Below are positions 43,637-49,731 of a stretch of 49,731 nt of DNA, in pieces. Position 1 is the first letter of the stretch. The number at the start of each line of letters is the position of its first letter. Made by a program: the position numbers and the translations under genes. The stretch is taken from NCBI GenBank assembly GCA_018817205.1, contig JAHIUE010000080.1, forward strand, positions 1 to 49,731, written 5' to 3'. A model generated the notes under the pieces. That model was not told the origin of the DNA. It made no database searches and was given only the letters and a program-made list of their open reading frames with translations. Origin of the DNA: Patescibacteria group bacterium. Lineage in GTDB: Bacteria > Patescibacteriota > Microgenomatia > Daviesbacterales > UBA10151.

Positions 43637-43739
43637 AATAAGCTAATTATAGCAAATGCAAAAAGATTGTCCCAGCCTACGCTTTACTTATTATGAAATT
43701 AAAATATAATAAGCTTCATAAATTGAACTATAGAGTCAT

Positions 43740-44819
43740 ATGAGCGCCTGCGAACAATTGGATACAGTAGTTACCCGACGATTAGATGAGTATGCATCAG
43801 CCGTTACCACACCTGATGCTCCTGAAGTTGCCTTACCCGGAGGTATCGAGATAATTAATACCGAGTTCACGCCAGATACCTTGGGTATGAAGGTTGTTTT
43901 CACCGGCACGCGGAACGACGGTAAGGTAGCCACCTTTGAAACCGGCAGCTTTTTAGATAATGGCGGGGTCGAAAACGCTTCCGATCGACATGATATTTGT
44001 GTATCGACTGCCGGCGGTTGCACTAAGGCTTGCCGGTTCTGTTCGGTGCCATATTCTGAACTTGGCTTTGAACGCCTACTCACCGCCGAAGAATTGGTGG
44101 TCCAGACTATCTATACGATTCTGGAACGAAATCGCGGGGCTTCTATGCCAAATGCTCTAGGCTTCATGGGTAATGGTGAACCATCAGATAACGCCGCCGT
44201 CATCCCGGCAGTATGTTACTTAGCTGACAAACCTGAGCTAAATATAGAAAGAGTTACCTTTTCGACGATCGGCGAAAATATAGCCGGCATTGGTAAAATG
44301 GCCAGGAGTTTTGCTCAGCTCGATATGCGAACCATTATGCAATTTAGTCTGCATGCCGCCGATGAGACAAAACGCCGCTCAATCATACCAGGTCGAAAAC
44401 CACTTGATAAGATTCTAAAGGCGATCGATGGATACGGTGAAGTTACCGGTGAACCGGTAAAGTTCAATGTCGCACTCATGGATGGCACCTATGATTTCAA
44501 AGGCTTTACTAATGCTTCGCCAGAGGATGCTCGAATGTTGGCGCAAATCCTTACGGCACCAAGTGCCGTTTCGGGCAATCCCATCAGACGGCTCCTCAAG
44601 CTATCCGCCTACAATAGTGTTCCAGGTATACCATTTGAGCCGGCGTCATCTGTCGCAGTAGAAGCTTTTGTGGCTATTTTAGCTGAACATGGTATAACTG
44701 ATATTCAAAGGTTTCGGGGAAGTGGTATAGAAATTAATGAACAAAAAACTATTGGCGGCTTCGCTTGTGGACAGCTCAGAGCCACCACACCTAATACCCT
44801 AGCGAAAGTTCATCAATAA
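43740..44819 (+). CDS. RlmN/Cfr-family radical SAM methyltransferase-like enzyme lacking the N-terminal RNA-binding domain
   Basis: ICVSTAGGCTKACRFCS matches RlmN LCVSSQVGCALECKFCS, including the Cys118 equivalent. Also FMGNGEP, VTFSTIG, FSLHA, and C-terminal FACGQL (Cys355 equivalent). 359 aa. Confidence 0.8.
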   Translation: MSACEQLDTVVTRRLDEYASAVTTPDAPEVALPGGIEIINTEFTPDTLGMKVVFTGTRNDGKVATFETGSFLDNGGVENASDRHDICVSTAGGCTKACRFCSVPYSELGFERLLTAEELVVQTIYTILERNRGASMPNALGFMGNGEPSDNAAVIPAVCYLADKPELNIERVTFSTIGENIAGIGKMARSFAQLDMRTIMQFSLHAADETKRRSIIPGRKPLDKILKAIDGYGEVTGEPVKFNVALMDGTYDFKGFTNASPEDARMLAQILTAPSAVSGNPIRRLLKLSAYNSVPGIPFEPASSVAVEAFVAILAEHGITDIQRFRGSGIEINEQKTIGGFACGQLRATTPNTLAKVHQ

Positions 44820-45571
44820 GAATCAACGGCGGTAGCCGGTTTTTGGGTACTGACGAATAGGTGTAAGAATGGGAAAGATAAGCGGTCGGCGGTATGATAC
44901 CTATCGCCTAAGATTGTAACCACTTCGTCCGCTCTTTCCATGAAAGCATCGTTTCTCGCTCGCTCACCGTTAGAGGCCAGGAAGGCCATAGCCATTATCA
45001 TTTGAGTTACAGTGTCGGCTGTCAAGGTGCTGGTGACGTTTTGAATCTCAGTTTCTCCCTTAGCTTGCAAAGCACGTAGACAATCATGCAAGCTGTCATT
45101 AAATTGCTCACTATAACCAAGCCCGACATGGTCAAGTAGTTGGCTCCAGTCATCCTGCTTGATGCCGAGGTGGGTGACCACCAGCAAATGTCCGCCGGGT
45201 TTGACTAGTCCCCAGGCCGGGGGAACTAGCGTGGCGTGCTCACCGGCTGTGTGGGAAATGACATGGGACATCAGCACTAGGTCGTACAAACCCTTAACCT
45301 CTGTAGGAAACACTTCCTCAATAACCTGTTTGCCGGCCTGACGCAACCGGGCGGCGTACTGCGGGTTCTGCTCAATGGCCACATAATCCTCAACCATTTC
45401 TGAAAGAGGCAGAGCTACTTGGCCGTCGCCAGCGCCAATGTCGAGCAACGAGTTAGCATTATAGCGAATGATGTAGTCAGAGAATTTCGCAACATAAATT
45501 TGCTTTTCATCGGTACACTGCAGAAGGCTTTCAAGGCCTTGATAGTAGAGAACTTCAAAAGTCTGCGGCAT
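44813..45571 (-). CDS. class I SAM-dependent methyltransferase
   Basis: LLDIGAGDGQVA (motif I), VAIEQNP (motif II), YDLVLMSHVISH, LKPGGHLLV. Converges on the RlmN-like gene with a 7-nt overlap. Confidence 0.8.
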   Translation of the reverse strand: MPQTFEVLYYQGLESLLQCTDEKQIYVAKFSDYIIRYNANSLLDIGAGDGQVALPLSEMVEDYVAIEQNPQYAARLRQAGKQVIEEVFPTEVKGLYDLVLMSHVISHTAGEHATLVPPAWGLVKPGGHLLVVTHLGIKQDDWSQLLDHVGLGYSEQFNDSLHDCLRALQAKGETEIQNVTSTLTADTVTQMIMAMAFLASNGERARNDAFMERADEVVTILGDRYHTADRLSFPFLHLFVSTQKPATAVDSY

Positions 45572-45581
45572 ATATTGTGAG

Positions 45582-45609
45582 ATTATAGCTTATAACCAAA
45601 TTATGTCAA
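45582..45609 (-). promoter_or_regulatory. consensus sigma70 promoter of the methyltransferase gene
   Basis: Minus strand: TTGACA (45604-45609, overlapping the stop of the upstream GT4 gene), 16-nt spacer, TATAAT (45582-45587), then 10 nt to ATG 45571. Confidence 0.55.
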
Positions 45610-46742
45610 ACCTTAAGTGTAACTTTTTCAAAAACTTTTAGTACACTTCTGGCCATTTTGGACCAGGAAAATTTTCGGGCTTGGATAATTCCTGCTTTAG
45701 AATATTTTTGGCACAACTTATTATCCGTTGTCACTATCCTTATTGCCTGTTCTATCTGATCAACAGAGTAAGGATCAACCAGAAGTCCTGCTTTCCCCAC
45801 CACTTCGGGAAGAGATGAAACATTGGAAACAACCACCGGAACACCGGAGGCCATTGCCTCAACTACCGGTATCCCAAAACCTTCCCATAGCGATGGCAGG
45901 ATAAATGCTTGAGCTCCCGCAAGAAGCAAAGGCAGATTTTTAATCGGAACAAACCCCAAAAACTTTACTCTATTTTCAATCCCGAGACTTTGGGGAGTCT
46001 TCAATATCTCTTCATACATCCAACCTTCTTTGCCTTCTCCCTCAGTTTTTCCCACAATAACAAGCTGTATTTGGTCTTCTGTTCTGGCAAACGCCTCAAT
46101 AAGTCTTATTAAATTTTTCCTTGGCTGCAGAGTCCCTATATATATAATGTAGTTACTCTCTATTTTATATTTCTTTTTTACTGTTTTAATTCTGAACTCT
46201 GAATTCTGAATTCTAAATTGTTCCCGGTCATAACCTGGATAAGCTACGGTAATTTTTTCTTTTGGCACTTTGTACTCTTTACAAATATCCTCTTTGGAAA
46301 ACTGGGAGATAGTAATTATATAATCCGCATTTTCAACAGAAAATTTTGTCCAATTTTTAAGTTTATATAAATCTTTCTTGAGAAAAGTTTCTGGAAAATG
46401 TAAAAAAGACAGATCAAATACTGTTACTATCTTTTTAACCGATGCCGGTGAAAATCTTGGAATATAATGCGTCGGCGAAAAGAATATATCAGGCTTATCT
46501 TTTGCAGAATATAAGGCCAAAGGTAAAGCGATTCTAGTCCAGAACTTCTCGGGTTTTAAAATTCTATATTTCCATCCTGCTCGTTCTCTTGGTAAATCCT
46601 CAAGCGGCGGGTTTGGCAAAAGAACCGTGTAATCATTAATCTGATCATTTTCCTCCAAATGCCGGAGTAACTCATATGCCACTTGTGAAGATCCCAATCT
46701 TTGCTCAACATTTGCTTCATATCCATCAATCCAAATTCTCAT
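45606..46742 (-). CDS. glycosyltransferase family 4 (GT-B)
   Basis: [28 protein letters not shown]. Confidence 0.88.
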   Translation of the reverse strand: MRIWIDGYEANVEQRLGSSQVAYELLRHLEENDQINDYTVLLPNPPLEDLPRERAGWKYRILKPEKFWTRIALPLALYSAKDKPDIFFSPTHYIPRFSPASVKKIVTVFDLSFLHFPETFLKKDLYKLKNWTKFSVENADYIITISQFSKEDICKEYKVPKEKITVAYPGYDREQFRIQNSEFRIKTVKKKYKIESNYIIYIGTLQPRKNLIRLIEAFARTEDQIQLVIVGKTEGEGKEGWMYEEILKTPQSLGIENRVKFLGFVPIKNLPLLLAGAQAFILPSLWEGFGIPVVEAMASGVPVVVSNVSSLPEVVGKAGLLVDPYSVDQIEQAIRIVTTDNKLCQKYSKAGIIQARKFSWSKMARSVLKVFEKVTLKV

Positions 46743-47764
46743 TCCGTCAACCTTTCATAAACTTTTACTGTTTGCTGTGCGGCTTTTTCCCAGGAAAATT
46801 GCTTAACTCTCTCAAAACCTTTTTTTATTAAATCCTGTCTTAACACATTGTCATTTATTATCACATTAAGTTTCTCTCTTATATCCTTTACTTTATAAGG
46901 ATCGGCATATAAAGCTGCATCTCCTCCTACCTCCGGCATGGAAGATACACTCGAGGTAATAACCGGAAGTCCTACCGAAAATGCATCCAGTATGGGAATA
47001 CCAAAACCTTCGTAAAGTGAAGGGTAAAGTAAAACTTGCGCTGAAGCATAAAGTAATTCCAACTCTTCTGTACTCAACCAGGGGAGAGTAATACCTGCGA
47101 TTACCAAATTATAATCTCGGCAGATCTCTTTTACTCTTGTTAAATTTCTTCTCTCCCCTACCCCTCCTATTGCCAATACAAACCTATCCGGCAGCTTATA
47201 CTTCTCCCTAAATTTTTTAATCTTTTCATCAGATTGTGGTCTATAATTGCCGGTCGGCCCTTCATAAATTACTGTTATTTTATCTTCCGGAATATTTGAA
47301 ACTTGCAGCAGATCCTTCTTGGTAGACTCTGAAACTGCAACCACGCAATCTATCTCTTTTTCTACCAGTTTTAATCGTCTTTTGTGAATATCAACAATTT
47401 TCGGATGTGACCACTGAGGATATTTCAAAGGCACAACGTCATGATAGGTTGTCACTTTCTTTGTCTTACTCGGAGGTTGAATCCAATCAGACGAGTGAAA
47501 AATGTCTATGGGTCCAATAAATCTCTCAATTGGTACTTTTCGCCATCTGTTAAAGAAAGGTTCAAAAAGAGTTGGAGGAAGTTTAAATGACTTTACATTT
47601 TTAAGACCTCCTTTATATGATTTTCGCAGTGAAGAGTAGAAATAAACCATCTCAAGGTTGGAAAGTAAAGATAGCTTTTCAGCTAAATTTTTTACATAAG
47701 TTGCAACACCACCCTGATGGGCAAGCTGCGATATATCCATACCCACTCGAATATTTTTATCCAT
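46739..47764 (-). CDS. glycosyltransferase family 4 (GT-B)
   Basis: EGFGIPILDAFSVGLPVITSSVSSMPEV. Confidence 0.88.
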   Translation of the reverse strand: MDKNIRVGMDISQLAHQGGVATYVKNLAEKLSLLSNLEMVYFYSSLRKSYKGGLKNVKSFKLPPTLFEPFFNRWRKVPIERFIGPIDIFHSSDWIQPPSKTKKVTTYHDVVPLKYPQWSHPKIVDIHKRRLKLVEKEIDCVVAVSESTKKDLLQVSNIPEDKITVIYEGPTGNYRPQSDEKIKKFREKYKLPDRFVLAIGGVGERRNLTRVKEICRDYNLVIAGITLPWLSTEELELLYASAQVLLYPSLYEGFGIPILDAFSVGLPVITSSVSSMPEVGGDAALYADPYKVKDIREKLNVIINDNVLRQDLIKKGFERVKQFSWEKAAQQTVKVYERLTE

Positions 47765-47773
47765 ATGAATATT

Positions 47774-49141
47774 TTACATTCTTTCCAAGATATCTGCTGT
47801 TCCAACGCTATCAATTTTTCGATAATTTTCATTTATGTATCTGTCAATACTCGGTGCAAAATCCCTAAGTCTACGGTTTTCGATCAAAACTGTTTTATCG
47901 GAAACTACAAACCGAGGTTTATCTTTTATAATCCCTTCCAGAATTCTACTTTCTGCAACTTGCATAAACCAGGGGAACTGAAAGACAAAAATATCTCCCG
48001 CCGGCATAGTGCTCGACATCTGATATAGATGAGGTTGCCCTCCAAAAACAAATATTTTCTCTCCAGGATTTGTATAATCCTTAATTTTGGCAGCCAAATT
48101 CTTAGTATGGGAATCAAAAGCAATCACTCGATCCCCCAGATGACCCTTATAAAAAGTCATCAGCCACCAAACTGCAATCAGTAAATACCCCATCCATATT
48201 CCTAATCTCCTCAATTTCCCCAATCCTCCCAATCCGTAAACGGTAGCCAAAACAGCAAAAGGCAAAGCGGGTTGAAAATGTACGAAGTCAAACCTGGTAG
48301 AAAGTCCTATCAGTGTTCCTATTAAAAAAATCAAAAGGATTTGTGCTTCCGTTAGTTTAATTTTTCTAATTACTAAAAAGGCTAAACCAAACACTAAAGC
48401 TACTCTGGAAAAATGAGCCAAGTCAGGACCTATCCCTCTACCGAATTGAGCAAACGTTGTCAGATTAAAAATAACAGTCCAGTACCAAAAATCCGTAAAC
48501 ACCCCCAAAATCCAAAAGTAAAAAAACACAATGACAATTGGTGGAAGGAGTCCTGATAAATATTTAAGTACAGCTTTAAACTTTTTATCTTTCCAAAAAA
48601 GATATATTAAAACAAAAAAAGACAAGGGGATTAAAACCTGTTTAAAAACAATTCCGATACCGAGCAATAACCCGGTTATAAAAATTTTTCTTTTATATAA
48701 AGCGTAAAAAGCAGGCAGCAGTACTAACGGCAAAAAACTGTCAATCCATAAAACCCAACCCTCAAAAAAGGGCTGCCATATTAAATATAGAATATTTACG
48801 AGTAATGCTTTTGTCTTACTTTTCAAAATTCCACGGCTTACAAAAAAGAGCATAACTTGTGTAATAAGAGCAAGAAAAATTGACCAAATTCTCGCTATTT
48901 CCGGAGTAGTCATCCCCAAATTATTTAAGTTGATTGGCAAAAACATCAGTCCCGGAAAGTGTTGATCTAAAATTTGACCGTAAGGCTTTAGGTCATGATT
49001 TGTTAAATACGGATAAATAAAAAGTTCAGGATAAGGAAAAAAAATAAGCTTTGTTAATATCAAAGCATGAAAAGATATTATTACAATCAACAAACCAATA
49101 ATTAATTTATTTGACATAATGATAAATAAATCCCACTCCAT
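47774..49141 (-). CDS. polytopic membrane protein, GT-C/ArnT-like glycosyltransferase candidate
   Basis: 455 aa with more than 10 hydrophobic helices plus a soluble C-terminal domain; the architecture matches 36674-38146. Start may be ATG 49117. Confidence 0.5.
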   Translation of the reverse strand: MEWDLFIIMSNKLIIGLLIVIISFHALILTKLIFFPYPELFIYPYLTNHDLKPYGQILDQHFPGLMFLPINLNNLGMTTPEIARIWSIFLALITQVMLFFVSRGILKSKTKALLVNILYLIWQPFFEGWVLWIDSFLPLVLLPAFYALYKRKIFITGLLLGIGIVFKQVLIPLSFFVLIYLFWKDKKFKAVLKYLSGLLPPIVIVFFYFWILGVFTDFWYWTVIFNLTTFAQFGRGIGPDLAHFSRVALVFGLAFLVIRKIKLTEAQILLIFLIGTLIGLSTRFDFVHFQPALPFAVLATVYGLGGLGKLRRLGIWMGYLLIAVWWLMTFYKGHLGDRVIAFDSHTKNLAAKIKDYTNPGEKIFVFGGQPHLYQMSSTMPAGDIFVFQFPWFMQVAESRILEGIIKDKPRFVVSDKTVLIENRRLRDFAPSIDRYINENYRKIDSVGTADILERM

Positions 49142-49730
49142 GAAAATCTCTAATATCTTTCTCTTTATATCCTAAATTAATTAATTTCTTTGCAACAAAC
49201 CTATTGGGATCGCTTATCTGCACTAAATAATCAACTAAATAAACATCTTCATTATCTTTGAGTAAATCTCCTAAATCTGCAACCGAACTTTCATCTTTAG
49301 CAGGAAAATCTTTTAGGGCTCCTTTTGCATTCAGGCTATCGCCGGCATAATAATCAAAAGGAGGCAATGTCCCAGAGCTTTCAAATAATATAATTTGTGG
49401 TTGAATATTCCTAAAAAAGAGGACTAGACTTTTCCAGTTGTCTCTTTGGTAATTGGGATTTAACAAATAAACTAAGGAGCAAAAAATTTCTATAAATAAA
49501 ACAGTAATTAAAATGCCATATTTTAATCTATTCTTAAAAGACATGATGCCGCTTGCGATTAAAATAACAAAACTAAGAATGATAAACAGAACCCTAAAAT
49601 AGCTGTATACCGGAATAAAAAAAGAAATAATTGTTGCTATTATGGGAGGAACAATGAGCCATGATAAAAGCAGTTTTCTGGGTGTATCGGCCACATGTTT
49701 TGCGCCGCGCAATAAAAGATAAACAAACAA
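49107..49730 (-). CDS. C-terminal part of another polytopic GT-C-like membrane protein (5' end outside the window)
   Basis: Open to the window edge; hydrophobic helices then a soluble tail similar in style to the neighbouring GT-C-like proteins. Confidence 0.45.
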   Translation of the reverse strand: MFVYLLLRGAKHVADTPRKLLLSWLIVPPIIATIISFFIPVYSYFRVLFIILSFVILIASGIMSFKNRLKYGILITVLFIEIFCSLVYLLNPNYQRDNWKSLVLFFRNIQPQIILFESSGTLPPFDYYAGDSLNAKGALKDFPAKDESSVADLGDLLKDNEDVYLVDYLVQISDPNRFVAKKLINLGYKEKDIRDFHGVGFIYHYVK

Positions 49731-49731
49731 A
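49731..49731. other. window end marker (no feature)
   Basis: Last base of the window; the preceding ORF continues beyond it. Confidence 0.99.

Noticed and set aside
1-49731. CRISPR arrays, rRNA genes, integrases or transposases, and alternative genetic code (UGA recoding as in some CPR lineages)
   Set aside because: No spaced direct-repeat array and no rRNA-like conserved stretches were seen, and no recombinase motifs appear in any ORF. Several conserved genes (mraY and a GT4 gene, for example) end at TGA exactly where homologues end, so the standard code 11 fits.

Overview
Low-GC bacterial chromosomal segment (about one third G+C by eye) using the standard genetic code; TGA and TAA act as stops. 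The compact co-directional genes, a minimal dcw cluster, DUF4012 and many GT4 and GT-C glycosyltransferases suggest a CPR/Patescibacteria-like organism. That assignment is inference. Layout: (1) 1-4.9 kb is an accessory patch. It holds two unknown membrane proteins, a GC-rich DUF1508/YegP gene behind a highly structured leader, and a small GIY-YIG protein. It also holds an AbrB-like gene plus a DUF433/DUF5615 toxin-antitoxin pair bracketed by 34-bp direct repeats, an autoinhibited Fic enzyme, and about 0.7 kb of probable gene debris. (2) 4.9-7.6 kb is tRNA-Val followed 5 nt later by an HD hydrolase and a split, order-permuted PpsA/rifampicin-phosphotransferase-like pair. (3) 7.6-13.6 kb is housekeeping: lepB, parB, rpmA, rplU, rodA, ileS. 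(4) 13.7-27.7 kb is a complete minus-strand dcw cluster, mraZ-rsmH-ftsL-ftsI-murE-(short murB-like)-murA-murF-mraY-ftsW-murG-ftsQ-ftsA-ftsZ, with phased MraZ-box-like repeats upstream. (5) 27.8-30.9 kb holds two unknown genes, glyQS and recO. (6) 30.9-40.8 kb and 45.6-49.7 kb form a surface-glycan locus. (7) That locus is interrupted at 40.8-45.6 kb by the most unusual content. A TrpR-type repressor gene carries a near-consensus trp operator over its own promoter. A canonical T-box (tRNA-sensing) antiterminator/terminator leader follows. The leader gates a radical-SAM/SPASM enzyme translationally coupled to an Asp/Glu-family racemase. Next to this lies a roughly 50 % GC island encoding a nucleoside 2-deoxyribosyltransferase/TIR-like protein, an RlmN/Cfr-family radical-SAM methyltransferase lacking the RNA-binding N-domain, and a class I methyltransferase. 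No rRNA, CRISPR array, integrase or transposase was seen. All calls come from reading the sequence and recalling motifs; no searches were run.
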